Origin: an uncultured candidatus Porisulfidus sp.
Lineage (GTDB): Bacteria; Pseudomonadota; Gammaproteobacteria; Poriferisulfidales; Poriferisulfidaceae
Length of the DNA stretch: 64,000 nt
Assembly: GCA_965199755.1 (NCBI GenBank)
Contig: CBDASZ010000001.1
Location: 288,001-352,000 of the forward strand
Direction of reading: 5' to 3'
The position numbers and the translations under genes were made by a program. The notes beneath the pieces are model-generated. The model did no database searches. It was not told where the DNA came from and saw only the letters and a list, made by a program, of their open reading frames with translations. Shown here one piece after another: positions 41,466-51,470 of this stretch. Numbering within the stretch: the first letter of the stretch is position 1; each line of letters opens with the position of its first letter.

Positions 41466-42964
41466 ATTTCTAATTGCTTTGGCGGTCGCGGTCGCTCCGT
41501 TGGCAGCCCAGGCAGAGACCATCAACCTCTACGGCTGGCAAAACCATTCGTGGGAGTTTGTGGATATTGATGGTGGACGCAGCTTTGATCGCATTCAGTC
41601 GAATGCTGGGCAACATCGGCTTCAGCCGCCAGTGTCGACACCGGCATGAACGGCATCAAGGTCAACTTGCAGTGCGAGCAGTTCACGTTCTACAACCGCT
41701 TACAACCACTTCGCGGGCGGCACCGGCTGGTGCAACCGTAACTCGAAGATCGGTCTGGCTCACCCGCAGATGGGTGAGATCATGTTCGCCACCTGGCTGC
41801 TGCCCTACAACGAAGGCGTAGCGCAGTGGGTTGACCCGTTCTACGATGCCGGCGCGGACTCGCATACCAGCATCATGGGTTCCGTAGGGCCAACACCATC
41901 TTCTATAACAGGTTCTGGTCAGCAGCCTCCGCCTCATCTACAACAGGTTTGATGGTTCCGGACAATAGTTTTTGAGAGGATTTCCTGCACTACGAGCACT
42001 GGCTTCAATCGTCGCCAGGAGAACATCATTCAGTACTGGTCACCGAACTGGAACGGTTTTGTGTTCCGGTTTGCGTGGACGGTCGGCACCCGGGATGAAA
42101 CAGCCGCACCGGTCGGTGGTGGTGAAATCGACCCAGTAATTCGTTCCAGCAGTCTGGCCTACACCAATGGCCCCATGTGGCTGGCCGTCACGTGGCAGGA
42201 TCACGAAGACTGGACTGCAGCTTCAGTCGGTGAGATGGCTTCTTCGGATGCTGAAAGCTGGCGTCTTGCCGGTCGCTACATTGCCGATCTCGGTGATGGC
42301 ATGAGCGTTCAGATCTCGGCCATGTACGAAGATCTCGAATATGAGTTCAATGGAGTCAGCAACTTTGATGCTGCTATGGGTGCTTTCGGATATGGCAATT
42401 CGATGAGCTATACCGGCATTAGCCCATCTTCTCGTGCCGATGTCTTTCGTACTCAGCGTACAGGAAGTGGTTCCTCGAACTATTGTCTGGTGCCGATCGG
42501 TCTACTTGTGAGGGACACAGAGATTGCGGCAACGACATGGCGAAACAAAAACTGGAGTATGAACACCAGGTACTGAGGCTGGCATGGCAAAGTTGTATCG
42601 CTGGCACGTCGCAATCATGCGACCGCAGGCAGCAATGTAACGGTCGAACGCGAGGCCTGGATGATTTCCGGCAAGATCAAGTTCGGCGGTCCGGTTGACT
42701 TCCGCTTCTCCTATATGGACGCGGATGATCTGGAGGTTTCCTGCAGCGTTTGCTCAGGCGACTGGGATAACACTGCTGCCGATGCGTGGAACGTAGGCAT
42801 GTTCTACACCATGCCGGCCGGTACGGAACTGCGTCTGACCTATTCCGAAGTCGACAACGACGCAAACGGAACCTATGGTCAGGGTATTTCCGGCACGGGG
42901 CTTGGCTCAGCGCGGAGGTGAAGTTGAAATGTTCGCACTCGGTATCGTGCACTGGTTCGACTAA
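41466..42964 (+). pseudogene. Porin cassette A (start-less and frameshifted as assembled)
   Basis: FLIALAVAVAPLAAQA signal remnant, NLYG, NRNSKIGL, RRQENIIQYWSPNWNGF and C-terminal ALGIVHWFD*; spread over several frames. Confidence 0.8.
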
Positions 42965-42996
42965 TCCGATTAGTTGATCTATAACCGGCATACAAG

Positions 42997-43025
42997 ACAG
43001 GCGCCCTTCGGGGCGCCTGTTTTTT
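42997..43025 (+). terminator. Rho-independent terminator of porin cassette A
   Basis: ACAGGCGCCC-TTCG-GGGCGCCTGT followed by a T run. Confidence 0.9.
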
Positions 43026-43234
43026 ATGAGTTCGCTTGCTGATACCTTGGTACGAGCAGCACATATTTAAGATCAGAATATACGTTTGAATTGCAACAAG
43101 AAGGGGACAATTCCTTTTTTACTGCCTGTGCGGACTTCTTGAAAGAGAAGGGCCTATTTCTCCGCGCGAGCAGATATTTCTCAATAGCACAATTTTATGA
43201 GGTCTGAGCGTGTTCACCAATACGCTTGAACAAC

Positions 43235-43263
43235 AAAAAACAGGCGCCCCGAAGGGCGCCTGT
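43235..43263 (-). terminator. Rho-independent terminator of porin cassette B
   Basis: Same hairpin as 42997..43025, in inverted orientation. Confidence 0.9.
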
Positions 43264-43292
43264 CTTGTTAAGCCGGTTATTGATTGATGCAA

Positions 43293-44728
43293 TCAATCGA
43301 ACCAGTGCACGATGCCGAGAGCAAACATCTCAACCTTTAACACCTGCAGTACCCAGACCCGTACCGGAAACACCCTGACCGTAGGTTCCGTTTGCGTCGT
43401 TGTCAACTTCGGAATAGGTCAGACGCAGTTCCGTACCCGCCGGCATGGTGTAGAACATGCCTACATTCCACGCATCGGCAGCAGTGTTATCCCAGTCGCC
43501 TGAGCACGCGCTGCAGGAAACCTCCAAATCATCCGCATCCATATAGGAGAAGCGGAAGTCAACCGGACCGCCGAACTTGATCTTGCCGGAAATCATCCAG
43601 GCCTCGCGTTCGACCGTTACATTGCTGCCTGCGGTCGCATGATTGCGACGTGTAGCGTGTTCTCCGTTTTGAGCCGCCATCATATTCTTGAACTCAGTCT
43701 TTTGTTTCGCCATGGGGTTGCCGCAAAGTGCATCATCAGGTAGATCCTTCGGCACCAGACAACCCGTTTTGCCACTTATTGCTATGCGATAGTCGTAACT
43801 GGAACTTGAATCGTCGCTAACGCTGTCATAGCTCATCGAATTGCCATATCCGAAAGCACCCATCGCGGCATCAAAGTTGCTGACTCCATTGAACTCATAC
43901 TCAAGATCTTCGTACATGGCCGAGATCTGAACGCTCATGCCATCACCGAGGTCGGCAATGTAGCGACCGGCAAGACGCCAGCTTTCAGCATCAGAAGAAG
44001 CCATCTCACCGACTGAAGCTGCAGTCCAGTCTTCGTGATCCTGCCACGTGACGGCCATCCACATGCGGGCCATTGGTGTAGGCCAGACTGCTGGAACGAA
44101 TTACTGGGTCGATTTCACCATCACCGACCGGCTGTTTGAAACTTTCGTTTCGTCCCGGATAGCCGGGCGTCCAAGCAAACCGGAACACAAAACCGTTCCA
44201 GTTTGGTGACCAGTACTGAATGATGTTCTCCTGGCGACGGTTGATAACTGCCGCTTGTGCCTCTCGCGAATCCCGGATTGTAGTAGGCTTGACCAGAACC
44301 TGCGCCCACGCCTCCCATGATGCTGGTATGCGAGTCTGCACCGGCATCATAGAACGGGTCAACCCACTGCGCTACGCCTTCGTTGTAGGGCAGCAGCCAG
44401 GTGGCGAACATGAATTCACCCATCTGTGGATGAGCCAAACCGATCTTGGAGTTACGGTTGCACCAGCCGTGTTGCCGCCCGCGAAATCCGTGAAGCGGTT
44501 GTAGAAGGTGAACTGCTCGCACTGCAAGTTGACCTTGATGCCGTTCATGCCGGTGTCCATGCTGGCGGCTGAAGCCGATGTTGCCCAGCATTCGACTGAA
44601 TGCGGTCAAAGCTGCGTCCACCATCAACATCGACAAACTCCCACGAATGGTTTTGCCAGCCGTAGAGGTTGATGGTCTCTGCCTGGGCTGCCAACGGAGC
44701 GACCGCGACCGCCAAAGCAATTAGAAAT
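43293..44728 (-). pseudogene. Porin cassette B (start-less and frameshifted as assembled)
   Basis: Inverted paralog of cassette A with the same motifs, ending ALGIVHWFD*; in-frame TGA upstream with no in-frame ATG. Confidence 0.8.
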
Positions 44729-44815
44729 CCGCTTCTACCTGCAACCAGAACCTGCTCAAAACTGGCCCATCATCCCTGTCGCAATTTGACTTTTCGAGAC
44801 TGCAAGAATTGAGAA

Positions 44816-46267
44816 TCAGCGCAGCGCGCGAAAACGCCGCAGGGCCTCATCTCTCCCGGCCGCGAGGTCCAGCACGGGGAAAGGATAGTCTCCTCCCAAA
44901 GTCACTTCGGCCTGCTGCAAAACAGGTGCTGGAGCGCGCCAAGGCTCATGGATATGCCGATCAGGCAGTTTCGCGAGTTCGGGTACCCAAGTGCGCACAT
45001 ACTTGCCTTCGGGGTCGAAGCGACTGCCTTGTCGGACAGGGCTGAACATCCGAAAATAAGGCGCAGCATCCACGCCGCAACCAGCAGTCCACTGCCAGCC
45101 CATGGTGTTGTTGGCCAGATCCGCGTCCAGCAGGGTGTCCCAGAACCAGCGGGCACCTTCCAGCCAATGCACCAGCCCGTTCTTAGTTAGCACTGAAGCC
45201 GTCAGCATGCGAATCCGATTGTGCATCCAGCCGGTGCGCCAGAGTTGCCGCATCCCGGCATCCACCAGTGGAATTCCGGTTTGACCCAGTGTCCATGCTG
45301 AGAAAAGTTCAGGGTTACGCTCCCAACTAAAAGCATTGAATCGCTCGTCGAACGGTTGTTCGGCAGTATGCGGCAGGTGGTACAGGATATTACTAGCGAA
45401 CTCCCGCCAGATTAACTGGCGCAAATAGGCATCCGCTCCATGAGTGACATCTATGGTATCTCTGCTATCGCAAGTCGCTTCCAGCACCTCGTGCCACACC
45501 TGTCGGGCAGACACTTCTCCGAAATGCAAGTGTGGTGACAGACCCGACACACCGTCTTCATAAGGGAGATCGCGTCTGCTGCCGTATTCAGCGATTGCGT
45601 CATCACCAAGGAAATCGCGCAACCTAACCATGGCCGCCTTTTCTCCCGGTTGCCAGTACTCAAGGAATTCGCGATGCCAGTTAAGCGGTGACATCAGACC
45701 CAGTTCCTCCAGAGGAACGGAGCGAACCCCCTGAGGCAATGGTGGGAGGGCATCAGGGCTCGCCGCAGGGCGCGCCTCCGGGCCAGTCAGCAGGTAGCGC
45801 TTGTAGAACGGGGTGAAGACCCGATAAATGCCGCCGTCATCCTTCAGCACAGTCCCCGGTTCACGCAGCAAGGAGCCGGGACAAGTACGCACTTCCGCAC
45901 CCGCGTCGACCAATGCTTTCTCAACAGTCTCATCCCGGGCCCGAATGACAGGTTCATACCGCCGATTCCAGCACACCAGCGCAGCCTTGTTTTCACGCAC
46001 AACTTCCGCCAGCACTTCCTGACTGGATCCCATACGAATCACCAGGCCCGATCCCTTTTCCTGAAGCGTCATGCTCAGAGATGCGAGACTGCGGTGCAAC
46101 CACCATTTTGAGGCGGCTCCAGGCTGCCACGGAGCTTCTTCATCGGGCGCGTGAATGTAGAGAGGAATGACCCGCTCAGCACGATCCAGAGCCTCCAGCA
46201 GCGCCGGGTTGTCAGCGAGTCGAAGGTCGCGACGGAACCAGATAATAGCCGTGTGATACCTAGACAA
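44816..46267 (-). CDS. phrB: Deoxyribodipyrimidine photolyase (class I CPD)
   Basis: WFRRDLRLADN, LSPHLHFGE, GWMHNR and DAAPYFR motifs. Confidence 0.92.
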   Translation of the reverse strand: MSRYHTAIIWFRRDLRLADNPALLEALDRAERVIPLYIHAPDEEAPWQPGAASKWWLHRSLASLSMTLQEKGSGLVIRMGSSQEVLAEVVRENKAALVCWNRRYEPVIRARDETVEKALVDAGAEVRTCPGSLLREPGTVLKDDGGIYRVFTPFYKRYLLTGPEARPAASPDALPPLPQGVRSVPLEELGLMSPLNWHREFLEYWQPGEKAAMVRLRDFLGDDAIAEYGSRRDLPYEDGVSGLSPHLHFGEVSARQVWHEVLEATCDSRDTIDVTHGADAYLRQLIWREFASNILYHLPHTAEQPFDERFNAFSWERNPELFSAWTLGQTGIPLVDAGMRQLWRTGWMHNRIRMLTASVLTKNGLVHWLEGARWFWDTLLDADLANNTMGWQWTAGCGVDAAPYFRMFSPVRQGSRFDPEGKYVRTWVPELAKLPDRHIHEPWRAPAPVLQQAEVTLGGDYPFPVLDLAAGRDEALRRFRALR

Positions 46268-46460
46268 ACCCGCTCCTCAATGGCATGGCTGTGGATTATT
46301 TCGAGTCGATTTCCCCAATAATTAAGGGATACGCCTGTATGGCGCGCACTCCCGTCTCATTGTTGCTTAACGCCGAATACATATCAGAAACGCCAGGAAA
46401 TTCTCTCCCCAATATCCAGATTATTGCTGCCAGTTGCATGTATTTCTGTGCGATCAATCG

Positions 46461-46484
46461 GTGTCTCATTACAGAATGAGACAC
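46461..46484. promoter_or_regulatory. Perfect 10-bp inverted repeat, candidate operator
   Basis: GTGTCTCATT-ACAG-AATGAGACAC between the divergent phrB and mtdA-like genes. Confidence 0.45.
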
Positions 46485-46579
46485 GGCTATTCCAGCGTAC
46501 CCGTGGTTGTATGTAGGATAATGACACCCGGGTTTCGCGCCGTTTGCCGATTTCCTCCCTAATACCCTCACTGAACACC

Positions 46580-47443
46580 ATGAAGAACCTGCTGATCTAC
46601 CTCGATACGGACGCGCAGCCGTCCGCGTTTGATCAGGTTGTCGCCCATGACGCCGGCGCCGACGCGGTGTTGGCTTATGGCTCAGTGACCCCGGAAAACT
46701 GCTTCCCTCTGGTCGAAGGCGCGATCTACACCCGTGCGCCCAAACACAAGCACCATACCGCTATTCTGGTCGGCGGCAGCAATCTGGACCACGCGCAAGC
46801 CGTGGAGGATGCCGTGCGCGGTCAGTTTTTTGCTGACTTTCGCGTGTCGGTCGGACTTGACGCCAATGGGTGCAATACCACCGCGGCGGCCGCCGTCGCC
46901 ACGCTGGGAGGGGCGCATCCGCTCAAGGGATCCCGCGTGGTGGTGCTGGCGGGCACCGGTCCGGTGGGACAACGCGCAGCGCTACTGTTCGCCCAAGCCG
47001 GAGCCAAGGTGTACTTAAGCTCACGCAAACTGGAGCGGGCCGAACAGGCGTGTGACGCCATCGAGCACCGTTTTGGGGCTTCCGTGTTTCCGGTTGCGGC
47101 GTCAACTGCCGACAGCACAGCCGATGCCATTGAAGGCGCGGCGGTGGTTTTGGCAACCGGTCAGACGGGCGTACAACTCTTGCCCGGAACCGTTCGTGTG
47201 AACAGTTCCGCGTTGCGCGTGGTTGGAGACGCCGGCACCTGTCCGCCTCTGGGAGTGGAAGGGCTGCAACTCCAAGACAAGGGGCGAGAGGATGAAGGGG
47301 TGTTGCTGTATGGCGGACTCACCATCGGTGCGCTCAAACTGCACACGCAACGTGAAATGATCGCGCGACTATTCGCACGCAATGATCAGTTCTGGGACGC
47401 CCCGGAAATCTTCGCGCTCGCCCAAACTCTATACAACGCCTAG
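46580..47443 (+). CDS. mtdA: Methylene-H4F/H4MPT dehydrogenase (MtdA-like)
   Basis: DTDAQPSAFD...GAIYTR...DANGCNTTAAA and GTGPVG resemble Methylorubrum MtdA. Confidence 0.8.
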   Translation: MKNLLIYLDTDAQPSAFDQVVAHDAGADAVLAYGSVTPENCFPLVEGAIYTRAPKHKHHTAILVGGSNLDHAQAVEDAVRGQFFADFRVSVGLDANGCNTTAAAAVATLGGAHPLKGSRVVVLAGTGPVGQRAALLFAQAGAKVYLSSRKLERAEQACDAIEHRFGASVFPVAASTADSTADAIEGAAVVLATGQTGVQLLPGTVRVNSSALRVVGDAGTCPPLGVEGLQLQDKGREDEGVLLYGGLTIGALKLHTQREMIARLFARNDQFWDAPEIFALAQTLYNA

Positions 47444-47484
47444 TACGAGCTGGCTCCATCCGGCGCCCTGCATTCCTGTCGGGC

Positions 47485-48153
47485 TCACAGGCGTTCGCGC
47501 AGGGCTAACTCCGCGTCAATGTTCTCAATGCGCGTCTGCAATTCCGCCATGCGATAACTTTCCGTCAACGCATCGCGCGCCTGCTCGACCACCGCGTAAT
47601 GCTGCTGCAGCGCCAGTGTGTATTGGCCCAACAGCGTATCCGGGTCTTTCTGGTCTTGCTGCATGCGGTCCCGAATGTCCTCGTTTTCGCGCAGCGTGTT
47701 CATCACCACCACATAACTGACACCCAGCCGAAAATCGTACGGTTTGTAACTTTGCAAGGTGGTGATATTCGGGCGCAACTCTTCGATGATTCCAGACAGG
47801 GTCGCACGAAAGTTCATCATGTCTTCCGCCAGTTCCGCATCGATCTCGTACAGATCAATGAATTGCGGGATCAACTCCAAAATCCGTACGCGCTCTTCAT
47901 CGTACTCCAGCAATGCCTGCAGCAACTGCGCTTCCATTTTTTCCGGCGGAGCCGGATTTTCGTCCGGCACCTGACCGGCATACACCGCCCGGTGCTGTTT
48001 CAGTTCCGTGGTGTTCAGTTCCTTCAGCGATCCCATCGACGGGAGCTGAGGCACATCAATCATCGGATGCACCGGTTCGCTCTCCGCAAGTAGCGGTGTT
48101 CCGTAAACTGCCAGCACTGCACTCAGCAAGGCGGCAGACACATGGGGTCGCAT
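47485..48153 (-). CDS. Hypothetical secreted alpha-helical protein
   Basis: Signal-like MRPHVSAALLSAVLAVYGTPLLA followed by an acidic helical body. Confidence 0.6.
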   Translation of the reverse strand: MRPHVSAALLSAVLAVYGTPLLAESEPVHPMIDVPQLPSMGSLKELNTTELKQHRAVYAGQVPDENPAPPEKMEAQLLQALLEYDEERVRILELIPQFIDLYEIDAELAEDMMNFRATLSGIIEELRPNITTLQSYKPYDFRLGVSYVVVMNTLRENEDIRDRMQQDQKDPDTLLGQYTLALQQHYAVVEQARDALTESYRMAELQTRIENIDAELALRERL

Positions 48154-48453
48154 GATTTGGGTACCGGAAAAATATGCAGGCAGTATACCGGAATCCGCCA
48201 TCCCTCCACAACGAGCCTCCCGCCGCATCCTGCATTCCCGACAGTCGACCGCTCTCGCAGCAATCCACCCCAAATACCCCGACACAAAAAATTCCCCATA
48301 TATTTCAAAATGCAAGACACTCATTCTGCGCAATTTCCAGCCGCCTCCACACGCCTCACAAACCGTCGCACTTGCAATATGCCAAGCGAACAGGAACAAT
48401 AAGCACCTGAATCCCGCGTGTTCGCCCGCGACTCTGTCTCGAAACCACGGCCG

Positions 48454-50457
48454 ATGCCCACCCAGCGAATGCTAGCCAACGCCATCCGGGCGTTGAGCAT
48501 GGATGCCGTGGAACAGGCCGCATCAGGCCATCCGGGCATGCCTATGGGTATGGCGGACATCGCCGAGGTGCTGTGGCGTCGCCATCTGCGGCACAACCCC
48601 AACGATCCCAGCTGGCCCAACCGCGACCGCTTCGTGGTCTCCAACGGCCACGGCTCCATGCTGCTCTACAGCGCGCTGTATTTGAGCGGCTACCCGCTGT
48701 CGCTGGACGATCTTCGCGCCTTCCGCCAACTTCACTCAAAGACTCCGGGACACCCGGAACGGGACCCGGAGATCGGCATTGAGACCACCACCGGCCCGCT
48801 CGGCCAAGGCCTGGCCAACGCCGTCGGCATGGCGCTCGCCGAGAAGTTGCTCGCGCAGCGCTACAACCGCCCCGACTACCCGGTTATTGATCATCACACC
48901 TACGTGTTCGCAGGCGACGGCTGCCTGATGGAAGGCGTTTCGCACGAAGCCTGCAGTCTGGCCGGAACGTTGGAACTCGGCAAACTCATCGTGTTCTATG
49001 ACGACAACGGCATTTCCATTGACGGCTCCACGCAAGGATGGTTCACGGACGACACCCCCGGGCGTTTTCGCGCGTATGGCTGGCAGGTGCTGCCGGAAGT
49101 CGACGGACACGATGCTGAGGCGGTGGACGCTGCGATTGAGACCGCCAAAGCGGATTCGCGGCCGTCACTGATTTGCTGTCGCACAGTGATCGGTTACGGT
49201 GCGCCCAACAAGCAAGGCACTGCGGACACGCATGGTGCTCCACTAGGCGCAGACGAGATCCAGCAAGCCCGTGAAGCGCTTCAATGGCCGCATCCGCCGT
49301 TTGAAATTCCCCAGGACATCCTTGATGCCTGGGACGCCCGCACACGCGGTGCACAACGCGCCGAACAATGGCAGGATCTCATGGAAGCCTACGCCGCGGA
49401 CCATCCGCAGGATGCGCAGGAGTTGATGCGGCGCCTCAACGGACGATTGCCCGAGGCGTTCTCACGCGCCGTTGACAAACATATTCAAAGCCAGTTGAAA
49501 GAACCGGCGCGTGCCGCCACCCGCAAGCACTCTGGCAATACGCTTGACGCGATTGCCGAAAGTCTGCCGGAACTGCTTGGCGGATCCGCGGATCTGACCG
49601 GCTCCAACAACACGCAGCCGAAAGGCTCCAGCACCATCACCGCGCAAGAACCTGGCAACTACCTGTACTACGGCGTGCGGGAGTTCGGCATGGGCGCGAT
49701 CATGAACGGACTGGCTTTGCACGGCGGTGTGATTCCGTACGGCGGCACCTTTCTGACTTTTTCAGACTACGCGCGCAATGCTGTTCGTATGGCGGCTTTG
49801 ATGCGGCTGCATGTGATCTTTGTGCTCACCCACGATTCCGTCGGTCTGGGCGAGGATGGCCCGACCCACCAGCCGATTGAACATCTCGACAGCCTGCGGC
49901 TGATCCCCGATCTCGAAGTGTGGCGTCCCGCCGACGCGATCGAAGCCGCGGTTGCCTGGAAATGCGCGTTGCAGAACCAGCAACAGCCCAGCGCCATGGT
50001 GCTGTCTCGCCAGACCGTGGAGGTGCTGCAGCACAGCACGCAAACAGTCGCGTTGATCGCACGAGGTGGTTATGTGTTGCAAGACTGCGACGGGACACCG
50101 GATCTCATCCTGATGTCCACCGGCTCGGAACTGGGTCTTGCGGTACAGTGTGCGCAAGCCTTGGCCGATCACAACGTGCGCGTGGTGTCCGTCCCGTGCA
50201 TGGAGCGTTTCGCCCGGCAGGAACTCGCCTATATCGAAGAGGTGCTGCCCCCTGAAGTTCGCATACGGATCGCGGTGGAGGCCGGCACCGGGGTGTGCTG
50301 GCAACGCTGGCTTGGTGAGCAGGGACGCCTTTTGGGCATTACAGAATTTGGCCATTCCGCGCCAGGGGCGTGTGTAATGGAACACTTTGGCATGACTGCA
50401 GATAACCTAACTCGAATGGCCCGCGAACTACTGGGCCGGGAGCAAGCACACACATGA
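48454..50457 (+). CDS. tkt: Transketolase
   Basis: [13 protein letters not shown] and GEDGPTHQP motifs. Confidence 0.96.
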   Translation: MPTQRMLANAIRALSMDAVEQAASGHPGMPMGMADIAEVLWRRHLRHNPNDPSWPNRDRFVVSNGHGSMLLYSALYLSGYPLSLDDLRAFRQLHSKTPGHPERDPEIGIETTTGPLGQGLANAVGMALAEKLLAQRYNRPDYPVIDHHTYVFAGDGCLMEGVSHEACSLAGTLELGKLIVFYDDNGISIDGSTQGWFTDDTPGRFRAYGWQVLPEVDGHDAEAVDAAIETAKADSRPSLICCRTVIGYGAPNKQGTADTHGAPLGADEIQQAREALQWPHPPFEIPQDILDAWDARTRGAQRAEQWQDLMEAYAADHPQDAQELMRRLNGRLPEAFSRAVDKHIQSQLKEPARAATRKHSGNTLDAIAESLPELLGGSADLTGSNNTQPKGSSTITAQEPGNYLYYGVREFGMGAIMNGLALHGGVIPYGGTFLTFSDYARNAVRMAALMRLHVIFVLTHDSVGLGEDGPTHQPIEHLDSLRLIPDLEVWRPADAIEAAVAWKCALQNQQQPSAMVLSRQTVEVLQHSTQTVALIARGGYVLQDCDGTPDLILMSTGSELGLAVQCAQALADHNVRVVSVPCMERFARQELAYIEEVLPPEVRIRIAVEAGTGVCWQRWLGEQGRLLGITEFGHSAPGACVMEHFGMTADNLTRMARELLGREQAHT

Positions 50458-51470
50458 GTATCCGCATTGGGATCAACGGCTATGGCCGCATTGGACGCAA
50501 CATTCTTCGCGCCCTGTACGAATCAGACCGCGAGGACGAAATGCGTATCGTCGCCATCAACGACATCGGTGACCTCACGGCCAGCGCGCATCTGACCCGC
50601 TACGACTCGGCACACGGCTCGTTCAACCGCGAGGTACGTACGCAAGAAGACGCGCTGCTGATCGGTGACGACCGCATTCGCTTCACCGCCTGCCGCAATC
50701 CCGCCGACATTCCGTGGCGGGAGTCCGAAGTGGACGTGGTAATCGAATCCACCGGATTGTTCGCCTCGAGCGACAAGGCGCAGGCCCACGTGGACGCCGG
50801 CGCTCCGCGCGTGCTGATTTCAGCGCCTGCCGGCAACGAGGTTGATGCGACCGTCGTCTACGGTGTCAATCACCAGCAACTAAACGCGCAGCACACCATC
50901 ATCTCGAATGCCTCCTGCACCACTAACTGTCTGGCACCGTTAGCCAAGGTGCTGATGGAGGCCGTCGGCATTGAATCCGGCATTATGACCACCATTCACT
51001 CTTACACCAACGATCAAGTGCTGACCGATGTCGCCCACAGCGATCTGCGTCGTGCCCGCTCGGCCACGCAGTCGATGATCCCCACTGCGACTGGCGCGGC
51101 CCGCGCGGTCGGACTGGTGCTGCCGGAGTTGGCCGGACGCCTCGACGGCTTCGCCATTCGGGTGCCGACCATCAATGTCTCGGTCGTGGATTTGAGTTTC
51201 GTGGCGGGTCGCGAGACCAGCGCCGAAGAAGTCAACGCGGCCGTGCGTGCCGCGGCCGAAGGCCCGCTGGCCGGCGTACTGGCGTACAGCGAAGACCCTC
51301 TGGTCTCGATTGATTTCAACCACAACCCCGCATCCTCCTCACTGGACGCCTCGCTGACCAAAGTGCTGCCAGGCAATCTGGTTAAAGTGCTGTCGTGGTA
51401 CGACAACGAATGGGGCTTCTCCAACCGGATGCTGGATGTCATTGCCGCGTGGCTAAATGCCGACACATGA
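50454..51470 (+). CDS. gap: Glyceraldehyde-3-phosphate dehydrogenase
   Basis: [15 protein letters not shown] and WYDNEWG motifs. Confidence 0.95.
   Translation: MSIRIGINGYGRIGRNILRALYESDREDEMRIVAINDIGDLTASAHLTRYDSAHGSFNREVRTQEDALLIGDDRIRFTACRNPADIPWRESEVDVVIESTGLFASSDKAQAHVDAGAPRVLISAPAGNEVDATVVYGVNHQQLNAQHTIISNASCTTNCLAPLAKVLMEAVGIESGIMTTIHSYTNDQVLTDVAHSDLRRARSATQSMIPTATGAARAVGLVLPELAGRLDGFAIRVPTINVSVVDLSFVAGRETSAEEVNAAVRAAAEGPLAGVLAYSEDPLVSIDFNHNPASSSLDASLTKVLPGNLVKVLSWYDNEWGFSNRMLDVIAAWLNADT

Larger units (their letters stand above)
41466..44728. repeat. ~1.5 kb imperfect inverted repeat (porin cassettes plus terminators) around a ~210 bp spacer
   Basis: Long near-identical blocks in opposite orientation, e.g. 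41466-41560 versus 44634-44728. Confidence 0.92.

Noticed and set aside
42997-43263. Identical hairpins as REP or MITE ends
   Set aside because: Each has a U-tract just after a porin stop codon, so duplicated terminators explain them.
41466-44728. Diversity-generating retroelement or site-specific shufflon explanation for porin variation
   Set aside because: No reverse transcriptase or recombinase in the window, and the differences include indels and are not adenine-specific.
48365-48390. Possible sigma-54 promoter (TGGCATATTGC on minus strand)
   Set aside because: GG-to-GC spacing does not fit the -24/-12 consensus.
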